Positions 47,552 through 55,774 of a DNA stretch of 64,000 bases are shown here, one piece after another (position 1 is the first letter of the stretch; each line of letters starts with the position of its first letter). Source of the stretch: an uncultured delta proteobacterium (GTDB lineage Bacteria; Myxococcota; Myxococcia; SLRQ01). The position numbers and the translations under genes were made by a program. The stretch covers positions 320,001-384,000 of the forward strand of contig CAVSGM010000001.1 of the NCBI GenBank assembly GCA_963727485.1, written 5' to 3'. The notes beneath the pieces are model-generated. The model saw only the letters and a list, made by a program, of their open reading frames with translations, had not been told where the DNA came from and did no database searches.

Positions 47552-48798
47552 CGGGGCGGTCGGGAGGGGCCCGCGCGGCCCTCACGGTGCTCGTCGCCCT
47601 CGGGGTCCTCGCCAGCGGATGCCGGGGGCACCCCGCCCCCGTCGCCGGCGAGGCCGCCGGAGCCGCTGCCGGAGCCGGCGGAGCCGCCGGAGCGGACGCC
47701 GGGGCCGCCGCGCCTGACGCCCCGGCCCACGCCTTCACCCTGGCCCTCACCGGCTCGGGGCTCGGCGAGATCACCACCTGCGGCTGCAGCAACCACCGCT
47801 ACGGGGGCCTCGACCGCCGGGCGACCCTCTTCCACCGCCTCGCCGCCAAGGGCCCGGTCCTGGCCCTCGACGCCGGCGACAGCCTCTACCGCCACCTCGC
47901 GCTCCCCAAGGGCGAGCTCGGCACCGAGGCCCTCACCCGGGCCGACGCCATCCTCGGCGCCATGGGCGCGCTCCACTACGCGGCCATGGCCGTGGGGACC
48001 CGGGACCTCGACGGCGGCGTGCCCCGGCTCAGGCAGGCGGCGGCGAAGGCCAAGGTGCCGCTGCTCGCCGCGAACCTCGTGGACCCCCGGGGCCGCCCGG
48101 CCTTCGCCCCCTCACGGGTGGTGACCGTGGGCGGCGCCAAGGTGGGCCTGGTGGGCCTGTCCAGCGCCGACCTCGACGCCAAGGACGCCACCGCGCTCCT
48201 CCGGGCCCGGCTCACCGCCACCAGCCCCGAGGACGCGGCGAAGCGGGCGGTGGCGGCGCTGCCCCCGGACCTCGACCTGGTGGTGATCCTCGGGCGGCTG
48301 ACCCCCCGGGAGGGGCGCAAGGTCGCCGCGGCGGTGCCCCGGGCGCGCCTGGTCCTCCTCGGGGGCAACGGGCGCCTGACCCCCGAGGGCGAGGCGGTGG
48401 GCCACGCCCTGATGTACGAGGGCGGCGGCCGGGGCGAGGTGGTGCTCACCCTGAAGCTGCGCCTCACCGGTCGGGGAGACCTGGTCGACCTCAAGAGCGA
48501 GACCCAGCTCCAGGCCCACCTCGCCGCCCTCGACAAGCGCCTGGCGAAGGTGCGGGCCGCCGACGCCGGCGACGCCAGCCTGGTGGCCTCGGAGGTCGCC
48601 GGGGCGAGAGCCCAGATGGCCACCCTGCGCCAGCGCCTCGCCGAGCCCCACGGGGGCACGGTGGATCCGACGCCGGTGATGCTGGGCAAGCTCGTCGACC
48701 CGGACCCGAAGATGCGGGCGCGCCTCTCCACCGTCCCCCGGCCTCCGGAGGGCCCCAGCGCGGGCCCGGCGGCCGAGACCACCTCGCCGGCCCGCTGA
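47548..48798 (+). CDS. UshA/5'-nucleotidase-like N-terminal-domain lipoprotein with CGC motif
   Basis: GTGA-coupled to cpoB; lipobox LASGC; GEITTCGC...GGLDRR, LDAGD, AMAVGTRD, LLAANL, KVGLVG. Confidence 0.7.
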   Translation: MTGRSGGARAALTVLVALGVLASGCRGHPAPVAGEAAGAAAGAGGAAGADAGAAAPDAPAHAFTLALTGSGLGEITTCGCSNHRYGGLDRRATLFHRLAAKGPVLALDAGDSLYRHLALPKGELGTEALTRADAILGAMGALHYAAMAVGTRDLDGGVPRLRQAAAKAKVPLLAANLVDPRGRPAFAPSRVVTVGGAKVGLVGLSSADLDAKDATALLRARLTATSPEDAAKRAVAALPPDLDLVVILGRLTPREGRKVAAAVPRARLVLLGGNGRLTPEGEAVGHALMYEGGGRGEVVLTLKLRLTGRGDLVDLKSETQLQAHLAALDKRLAKVRAADAGDASLVASEVAGARAQMATLRQRLAEPHGGTVDPTPVMLGKLVDPDPKMRARLSTVPRPPEGPSAGPAAETTSPAR

Positions 48799-48805
48799 GG
48801 CCGCG

Positions 48806-50092
48806 TCAGTCCCCGGCCGGGGCCCCGGGCTTGAGCGGCGGCAGCTCCCCGAGCTCCACCGCCCGCCGGTGGGCGAAGCGGAACACCGCCAGCGCCACCG
48901 ACATCGCCGGCACCGCCAGGAGCACCCCCACCACGCCCCCGACCCGCTCTCCGGCGATGAGGGCGAAGACGATGAGCACCGGGTGGATCTTGGCGGCGTC
49001 GCCGAGGACCCGGGGGTTCAGGTAGTAGGACTCGAGGAGGTGGAGGCCGAGGATCCAGAGGAGGATCGCCAGGGCCTTCGAGGGGGAGTCGGCCAGCGCC
49101 ACCAGGAAGATGGGGACCGAGGAGAAGATGGTCCCGAAGATGGGCACCAGGTAGAGCACCGTGGCCACCAGGCCCAGGAGCACGGTGAACTTCACCCCGA
49201 AGATCCACAGGCCCACGAAGGTCAGGGTCCCGTTGATGAGCATGATGGTCAGCTGGCCGCGCACCACCCCGGAGAGGCCGGCGTCGATGCGGCCGATGAG
49301 GCTGTCGGCGTCGCCCTGGAGGCGCACCGGGACCAGGGAGTGGACCACCGCCATCACCCGCTTCACGTCGATGGAGAGGAAGGCGGTGACCATGAGCATC
49401 AGCCCGAAGTAGAAGAGCCCCTGGACCACGGCGCCGGCGAGGCGCTGGACGAAGCGGGCGATCTCGAAGACCCCGTCACGGATGGCCTTGGAGGCCCGGG
49501 CCACGAGGTCCCGGGCGACGGCGTCGAGGTCGACGGTGAGCCCCTGGGTGCCGGTGCCGGTGATGGGGCGGGGGGTGGTGAACTGCGGCTCGCCGCCGGG
49601 GGCGCCGACCTGGCGCGAGGGGGGCGGGGCCGGGACCGGGGCGTGGGCGGACTGGGCGGGTGTCGGGGCCACCGCGAGGTCGTGGGCCACCAGCCAGCCC
49701 TCGACCCGGTGGACGTGGGTCTCGATGGTCTGGTCGTCGAGCTGGGTGAGGAAGCTCTGGGCCGAGCGGGAGAGCCGCTGCACCTCCCGGTAGAGCCGGG
49801 GGACGGCGGTGAGCCCGAGGACGTAGAGGACCCCGAAGAGCGCCAGGTAGAGCAGGCCCACCGCGGCGAAGCGCGGGAGGTGGCGGCCCCTGACGGGGAC
49901 GCCGGTGAGCCAGCGGACCACCGGCTCGATGACGTAGGCCAGGAGCGCCGCCCCCACGAAGGGCAGGAGCACCGCCCGGAAGGCGACCAGCGTGACGGCG
50001 ATGGCCGCCCACAGCCCCAGGAGGATGGCACGCCGCCTTACCTCCGGACGCTGCCACAGCCGGGTCGCCACACCCTGTGCGTCGGGGTCCAT
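48806..50092 (-). CDS. AI-2E family transporter
   Basis: LLPFVGAALLAYVIEPVV, VRGQL, LVPIFG, ESYYLNPRVLG..KIHP, GVVGVLLAVP. Confidence 0.9.
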   Translation of the reverse strand: MDPDAQGVATRLWQRPEVRRRAILLGLWAAIAVTLVAFRAVLLPFVGAALLAYVIEPVVRWLTGVPVRGRHLPRFAAVGLLYLALFGVLYVLGLTAVPRLYREVQRLSRSAQSFLTQLDDQTIETHVHRVEGWLVAHDLAVAPTPAQSAHAPVPAPPPSRQVGAPGGEPQFTTPRPITGTGTQGLTVDLDAVARDLVARASKAIRDGVFEIARFVQRLAGAVVQGLFYFGLMLMVTAFLSIDVKRVMAVVHSLVPVRLQGDADSLIGRIDAGLSGVVRGQLTIMLINGTLTFVGLWIFGVKFTVLLGLVATVLYLVPIFGTIFSSVPIFLVALADSPSKALAILLWILGLHLLESYYLNPRVLGDAAKIHPVLIVFALIAGERVGGVVGVLLAVPAMSVALAVFRFAHRRAVELGELPPLKPGAPAGD

Positions 50093-50220
50093 CCGCCTGT
50101 GATATCGGCGGTTTCGGGGGCATTGGCAAGGCGGGTGGGGGCAGGTGGGTGCGTTGACCGGCCCGGTGCCGGGTGATAAGGGTCATCGAATTGCGCCAGA
50201 GGCGCGTTCACCCGCCTGCC

Positions 50221-51609
50221 ATGCGTACGAGAGCCATGTCCCACCTGTCTCGAACCCCCTTCGCCCTGGGGCTCTGCGTCGTCCTCCTCGCCGGCCTCTC
50301 CGGCTGCAAGGGGGGCACCGGCGGGAGCGCCGACGGTGGCAACCGCCCGGCCACCAACAGCACCTTCTGCAACCAGGACAACGAGTGCCAGCAGGACTTC
50401 CGCTGCGACCGTGAGCTCCACCGCTGCGTGTGCACCTCCGACCAGTCCTGCCCCGGGGCGCTCTTCTGCGACGCCTTCACCGGGCAGTGCGTCCAGTCGG
50501 TCCCCGGCTGCACCAGCGACGGCGACTGCCAGGACCCGTCGACCCAGTACTGCGACCTCGCCAGCCGGACCTGCCACACCCGCAAGCACTTCTGCGAGGC
50601 GTGCAGCACCGACGCCGAGTGCGGCACCAGCACCGACAAGTGCGTCACCGATCCCAACCTCGGCCAGAAGTTCTGCGGCAAGAGCTGCTCCACCAACGCC
50701 GACTGCCCCACCGACGCCAGCTGCCAGTCCATCGGCGGGGTGAAGACCTGCTGGCCCACGGTGGCCACCTGCAACCAGCTCCTCGGCTGCAACCCCGACA
50801 GCGGCCAGAGCTGCAGCGCCGACAGCGACTGCACCCAGGGCACCGACCAGATCTGCGACAAGACCGCGGGCCACTGCGTCGCCCGGGTCCCGAGCTGCCC
50901 CTACGGGATGGTCTGCGACCAGAGCACCAGCCAGTGCACCGCGGCGTGCACCACCGACAACGACTGCGCCTCGGACCCCAAGTGCCAGGGCGGGCCCTGC
51001 CGCTGCACCGACAGCCAGTGCGTGCCCATCGCCGTGTGCAAGACCAACACCGACTGCGCCAGCGGGAAGGTCTGCGTCATCACCCCGGGGGCCACCACCG
51101 GTGAGTGCGGCCCGGGGTGCAGCGCCGACAGCGACTGCCCGGTGGGCCAGGTCTGCAACCAGAGCGCGGGCCGGGGCTACTGCACCGCCGGGTGCACCAC
51201 CAACGCCGACTGCCCCCTCGAGTCGAACTGCATCGCCAGCCACTGCGAGGCCACCGACACCACCGGCAACGTCAACTACTGCCAGGTGACCGAGGTCTGC
51301 CAGACCTGCGAGCTGTGCAGCGCCGACTCCAACGGGCGCACCCAGTCGTGCAAGCCCGTGGGCAACACCTACTGCCAGACCTGCTCCGCGCCCGACAACG
51401 GCTGCGCCACGGTCAACGCCAACCAGTACTGCTGCGACACCAACTTCAGCGCCGGGACGGTGACCGGGATCCTCGGCCAGGACTGCAGCGGCGGGCGCAG
51501 CTGCCCCAAGGGCTTCAACTGCGTGGACATCGCCACCGCGAGCGGCACGGTGCTGGCGCACAACTGCTTCCCCTCGGGCACCGCCTGCCAGGCGCCCACC
51601 TGCCAGTGA
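50221..51609 (+). CDS. Cysteine-rich repeat lipoprotein (Dickkopf/EGF-like modules); start 50221 or 50236
   Basis: Lipobox LSGC; many CxxDxDC-C-C modules over the whole length. Confidence 0.85.
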   Translation: MRTRAMSHLSRTPFALGLCVVLLAGLSGCKGGTGGSADGGNRPATNSTFCNQDNECQQDFRCDRELHRCVCTSDQSCPGALFCDAFTGQCVQSVPGCTSDGDCQDPSTQYCDLASRTCHTRKHFCEACSTDAECGTSTDKCVTDPNLGQKFCGKSCSTNADCPTDASCQSIGGVKTCWPTVATCNQLLGCNPDSGQSCSADSDCTQGTDQICDKTAGHCVARVPSCPYGMVCDQSTSQCTAACTTDNDCASDPKCQGGPCRCTDSQCVPIAVCKTNTDCASGKVCVITPGATTGECGPGCSADSDCPVGQVCNQSAGRGYCTAGCTTNADCPLESNCIASHCEATDTTGNVNYCQVTEVCQTCELCSADSNGRTQSCKPVGNTYCQTCSAPDNGCATVNANQYCCDTNFSAGTVTGILGQDCSGGRSCPKGFNCVDIATASGTVLAHNCFPSGTACQAPTCQ

Positions 51610-52280
51610 TGCGGCGGCTCTTGGGCGTCGCCCTGGTGGCCGCGTTCGCCGGGTGCGGTGGGGCCAAGGTCCCGCCGGGGCTGGTGGCGGGCAAGGGTGG
51701 GTCGTGCACCGCCCAGTCCGACTGCTCGAGCTGCAGCCAGTGCCGGCCCGCCGGGCAGGAGGTCTGCCTCTCGCAGACCTGCTACCTCGCCTCCACCCCC
51801 GACAGCGGCGGCGAGCCCACCCTCACCGACGGGATGGTCGTCGTCACCCTCCCCAGCGGCGCCGGGCCCGAGGTGAAGAGCGCCTCGGTGCGGATTCTCT
51901 ACCCCCTGCGCACCGACGGGTCCGACGTCACCTGCGCCGCGCTGCTCGCCAACCCCACGGCCGTCGACGCCGACCGGGGCCTCAACGTCCTGCGCTCGCT
52001 CGATCCGGCGGTGCAGCTCCCGGCGACGGCGGCCCAGGTGAGCCTCGGGGCCAACGAGCTGCCGGTGGGATCCGATTGCCTGGCCCTGGTGGTGCTCCAC
52101 GCGAGCGCCGGCGGGAGTGGGGCCGTGGTCGCCGCCGGGTGCACCGCGCACCTGGCGCTGGCCGCCGGGAAGGCCTGCCAGTCCGACGGGGACTGCACCT
52201 ACCCCAAGAAGTGTGAGATGGTTTCCGGGCGGTCCGAGTGCGGGCCCCAGCAGATTGTGGTGAAGACCACGCGGCCTTGA
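51609..52280 (+). CDS. Lipoprotein with Cys-rich ends and a central beta-rich domain
   Basis: TGATG coupling; MRRLLGVALVAAFAGC lipobox; CTAQSDC and CQSDGDC modules. Confidence 0.78.
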   Translation: MRRLLGVALVAAFAGCGGAKVPPGLVAGKGGSCTAQSDCSSCSQCRPAGQEVCLSQTCYLASTPDSGGEPTLTDGMVVVTLPSGAGPEVKSASVRILYPLRTDGSDVTCAALLANPTAVDADRGLNVLRSLDPAVQLPATAAQVSLGANELPVGSDCLALVVLHASAGGSGAVVAAGCTAHLALAAGKACQSDGDCTYPKKCEMVSGRSECGPQQIVVKTTRP

Positions 52281-52288
52281 GTGACCAG

Positions 52289-53362
52289 ATGTCATCGCGC
52301 GGTGTCCTTCGAGCGCTCCTCCCTGTCGTCGTCGTCCTCGTGGTGGCGGCCACCGGGGGTGTGGCCCGGGCCTCCGGCGACCCCCTCGACCAGGACAACG
52401 GCACCGAGGCCTGGTCCGGGCATCGGGCCGGGGGCGAGGGGCTCTCCCAAGCGGTCTCCGACTGGGAGCAGGCCCGGGACGCCTGGAACGCCGAGCGGTC
52501 GCGCTTCGAGGAGGCGCGGTACCAGGGCCTGGCGGTTCGGGCCCGGGCCCGGCACGCCCGGGCCGCGTGGGGGACGCGGCATCGGTCGGCGGTGGCGCCC
52601 GGGGGCGGTCCGGTGCTGCCGGCGGCGGCGACGCCCTCTGCCCCCGCGGTGTCCGCGCCCGTGGCGACGCCCGCCCCCGCCCCTCGCTCGCCGGCTGCCC
52701 CGCCGGCGGCTTCGGCCGCGCCCGCCGCGCCCGCGGCTCCGTCGGCCGCGGCTCCGTCGGACGGGAACGCCGGGACCTCCTCGGCAGGGGGCGGCGGCGA
52801 CACCGGCGGGAAGCCCGCGTGGATGGTCGAGGAGGCCAGCCGGCTGGAGCGGCAGGCCGGCTCCTGGCTCCATGACGACAAGCCCAAGCCGGCCGCCGCG
52901 AAGGCGGCCGCGCCCGTCCCGGAAACGGCACCGTCCCAGGTGAAGACGCCGGCGGCTGCGCCGGTCCCAGCCCCGCAGGCGGCCGCGCCACCGCCGGCGC
53001 CCGCGTCCCCTGCCGCTGCCGGTGGGCGCGCGGGCCCGAGCCCCTCCGCGGCCAAGCAGGCCAAGGAGGCCCGGGAGGCGGCCGCGGCCCTCGCCCGGGA
53101 GCGTGCCCGCCTCGAGCACATGGTCCAGGGGGACGACGGCGACACCCCGCCCCCGGCGCCGGCGCCGGCCCCGGCGCCCAGGCACGCGAAGGCGACCAAG
53201 GCGACGGCCCCCGCGCGAAAGCCCGCGAAGGCGACCGCCCAGGGGCCGGTGGCCCCGGCGAAGCCGGCGAAGGCCAAGGCCAAGCAGGGGCAGTCCTCCG
53301 GCCAGGTCACCGATCCGGACCTGGACCAGGAGTTCAAGTCCCTGCACACGAAGGACTTCTAG
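52289..53362 (+). CDS. Secreted Pro/Ala/Lys-rich low-complexity protein
   Basis: Signal-peptide-like N-terminus; short helical islands (WMVEEASRLERQAGSWL, DPDLDQEFKSL) between disordered linkers. Confidence 0.65.
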   Translation: MSSRGVLRALLPVVVVLVVAATGGVARASGDPLDQDNGTEAWSGHRAGGEGLSQAVSDWEQARDAWNAERSRFEEARYQGLAVRARARHARAAWGTRHRSAVAPGGGPVLPAAATPSAPAVSAPVATPAPAPRSPAAPPAASAAPAAPAAPSAAAPSDGNAGTSSAGGGGDTGGKPAWMVEEASRLERQAGSWLHDDKPKPAAAKAAAPVPETAPSQVKTPAAAPVPAPQAAAPPPAPASPAAAGGRAGPSPSAAKQAKEAREAAAALARERARLEHMVQGDDGDTPPPAPAPAPAPRHAKATKATAPARKPAKATAQGPVAPAKPAKAKAKQGQSSGQVTDPDLDQEFKSLHTKDF

Positions 53363-53427
53363 TCCTTCCGGTGGGTTGGGCCCCTCTTGGGGGGGCGTCC
53401 ATGGCGCTGTCAGACCCTGCGTCCATA

Positions 53428-53444
53428 CTGTACGCAGGATCAGG
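53428..53444. promoter_or_regulatory. LexA (SOS) box-like site
   Basis: CTGTACGCAGGATCAGG is CTG-N10-CAG, close to the myxobacterial LexA consensus CTRHAMRYBYGTTCAGS (3 mismatches), ~16 nt before ATG 53460. Confidence 0.6.
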
Positions 53445-53459
53445 TCAGAGGTGATCGCC

Positions 53460-54554
53460 ATGGCACATGCCCCCCAGTCCAAGTCGTCCTCCACGCCCGC
53501 CCCCAGCCCCGCCGCCCCGGCCCTGGTGCCCGGCGCCGGGTGCCTCGCCGGCACCTGGGTCCTCTCGCTCACCGGCGCGCCCGTGCGCTGCGTCGACCCC
53601 AGGGCCCCCGAGGGCCGGGCGCCGTCGCCCCTCGACGCCGCGGCCGCCGTCGACGCCGTCCTCGATCGGCTGCCCCCCGGGCGCCGTCCCGCGCAGGTGG
53701 TGGTGGGCGCCGACGTCGACCCCCTCGACGCCGGGGGCGAGTGGGACGAGGCCGCCTTCGCCGCGGCCAGCCGCCTGGTGGAGCGCGGCGTGGCCCTGCG
53801 CCTCTGCACCCGGGGGACGCCCGGAGAGGGGGGCGCCGGGCGCGCCTGGGACGGGCTCCTCCGCCGGGGCGCCCACGGGGCCGGGGCCGCCCTGGAGGTC
53901 CGCCTCTTCACCCTCGACGCCGAGCTCGCCCACCTCTATGAGCCCAGCGTCCCCGCCCCGGCCCGGCGCCTCGCCGCCGCGGCCCGCCTCGGCGCCGAGG
54001 GCGTGGTCCTCGAGGCCCGCATCGCGCCCCTCCTCCCGTGGATCTCCGACACCGCCGCCCACCTCGAGGCGTTGGTGAAGGCCCTGGCCCGGGTGGGCAT
54101 CCACCGGGTGCGCGCCTCCTACCTCCACGTCGACCACCGGGGCAGCCAGCGCCTCCGGCGCCTGCCCAAGGCGCACCGGGCCCTCCTCCGCAGCTGCCTC
54201 GCGCAGGCCCCGGCGCATCCGGGCGAGGCGCGGCTCCTCCCGGCGGTGCTCCGCCTCCAGGGGCACCGGCGCCTCGGGCGCCTCGCCGCCGCCGCGGGCC
54301 TCACCGCCACCGCCTGCCACGAGGCCAACCCGGACCTCGCCGAGGCCCGGAGCTGCTTCGAGGCCCCCCCGATCCGGCGGGTCTCCGCGGCGCCGGCGGT
54401 GTCGGCCCCGGCCCGGGTCGGGGCGGTCGTCGGGGCCCCCGGTGGGGCCACGGTCACCGTGGCCCCGCCCGCCAGGGCCACCCCGCCCCAGCGTCCCCGG
54501 CGCCGGCCGGTCCCGTCCGCCCACGCCGGCGCCCAGCTCGGCCTCTTCGGCTAG
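53460..54554 (+). CDS. Degenerate SplB/Rv2578c-like radical-SAM homologue lacking CxxxCxxC, with C-terminal beta-clamp motif
   Basis: VGADVDP, LCTRG, LYEPSVPAPARRL...GV...IAPLLPWISD typical of the SplB-like barrel; no CxxxCxxC; ends QLGLFG*. Confidence 0.7.
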   Translation: MAHAPQSKSSSTPAPSPAAPALVPGAGCLAGTWVLSLTGAPVRCVDPRAPEGRAPSPLDAAAAVDAVLDRLPPGRRPAQVVVGADVDPLDAGGEWDEAAFAAASRLVERGVALRLCTRGTPGEGGAGRAWDGLLRRGAHGAGAALEVRLFTLDAELAHLYEPSVPAPARRLAAAARLGAEGVVLEARIAPLLPWISDTAAHLEALVKALARVGIHRVRASYLHVDHRGSQRLRRLPKAHRALLRSCLAQAPAHPGEARLLPAVLRLQGHRRLGRLAAAAGLTATACHEANPDLAEARSCFEAPPIRRVSAAPAVSAPARVGAVVGAPGGATVTVAPPARATPPQRPRRRPVPSAHAGAQLGLFG

Positions 54555-55269
54555 CGGTGGCGTGCCGACAGGTTGTTCAGGCGGCCCGGATCGAGGCGGC
54601 TGATGGGTGGCCTGTCGGTAAGGCCCGCGTGAGGGCGCTGGACCCGGGAGCGGTCGTTGCGGCCGTTGTCGGTCATGATCTCCTGCACCTCGAGGCACAC
54701 CTGGACGTAGTCGCGCCCGATGCCTCGATTCCGGTGGGTAGGGACGCCAGTGATCCTGTGCCCCACGCCCTTGATGCGCCCCAGCTGCTTCACGTCGAGG
54801 TGGAGGAGCTCGTCGGGCTCACTGCGCTCGTAGCGACGGTGCGGGACCCTCGGCTCAAGATCTCTCGCTCGGGATGGCCGGTGGCGCCCCAGGAGCCGTG
54901 ACACTGTGGACCTGCCGAGCCTTGGCCGCCCAGCGATCGCCTTGCCGGTCATCCGGCCCGCGCCGGAGCTCCAGCACCAGCTGCCGCCACTCTTCCCCCA
55001 GCCGCTGCGGCATCCGCCGGGGCCGAGAGGAGCGGTCCAGCGGGCCCAAGTGGCCTTCTTCCCGATACCGTCGCAGCCCCTTGCAGGCGGTCCGCTCGTT
55101 GACGCCCGCTGCGTCGGCCGCGTCGCTCACGGTCCAGCCCTCGAGCCGGACCTGCTGGATGATCAGACCTCGACGGATGGGAGTCGTTCGTGCATGCCCA
55201 CTTCCCGCGGGAGGCCCGGGTGAACAACGCACTCAGTCACTGAACGACCTCTTGGGAACCCACGGCCAG
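54551..55269 (-). mobile_element. IS481-family insertion sequence remnant (frameshifted, internally deleted transposase)
   Basis: Fragments ARTTPIRR..AADAAGV..RRYREEG..LDRSSRP, STVSRLL, RRYERSEPDELLHLDVKQLGRI..GHRITG, PPISRL..NNL. Terminal inverted repeats 54551-54579 / 55241-55269 match at 21/29. Degenerate target duplication GCTAGC/GCCAGC. Confidence 0.88.
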
Positions 55270-55301
55270 CGGTCGCGGCCGGGCCGGGGGCGCCCACCCC
55301 C

Positions 55302-55760
55302 TCAGCTCTTCACGCGCAGCGCCGAGGGCGCCAGGCGGCGCTCCAGGTCGTCGACCACCGCCTCCAGGTCCCCGCGGGTGAGGTTCTGCCCCGAGGCCTC
55401 CTTCACCGCCAGGAGCGCGTCGAGGAGCCAGCGGGTGAGCAGGTGCACCTTCTCCAGCTCCCGGCGGTCCTCGAACCACTCCGTCCACCCGTCGTTGCGG
55501 ACCTCGAAGTCGATGGCCTCGTACTCCCGCCGGAGCTCCAGGCGCACCAGGTGGCAGGCGTAGCGCACCGCCCCGGGGCTGGGCCGCACCGGCGCCTCGT
55601 AGAGGGGCGCGAAGCGCTGCCGGTCCCGCTCCGAGAGCCAGTCCTCCACCGGGGGCGGCCACCCGGCCAGATCCTGGGCCAGATGGTCACCGAGGGCCTG
55701 GAGGAGCTTGGCCTTGATGGTGACCGGGCGCAGCTCGTAGAGCCAGTCGTAGCGGCCCAT
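55302..55760 (-). CDS. Hypothetical cytoplasmic protein, 152 aa
   Basis: MGRYDWLYELRP...WPPPVEDW...; strong GC3 bias; starts 14 nt after the cglD stop. Confidence 0.75.
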   Translation of the reverse strand: MGRYDWLYELRPVTIKAKLLQALGDHLAQDLAGWPPPVEDWLSERDRQRFAPLYEAPVRPSPGAVRYACHLVRLELRREYEAIDFEVRNDGWTEWFEDRRELEKVHLLTRWLLDALLAVKEASGQNLTRGDLEAVVDDLERRLAPSALRVKS

Positions 55761-55774
55761 GGGTGCTGCCCGTC

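Noticed and set aside
47770..47800. Possible selenocysteine in the UshA-like protein
   Set aside because: Both positions are TGC (Cys); there is no in-frame TGA.
50154..50182. TTGACC-N17-TAAGGG possible promoter for the Cys-rich lipoprotein cluster
   Set aside because: The -10 element is too weak to call without transcript data.
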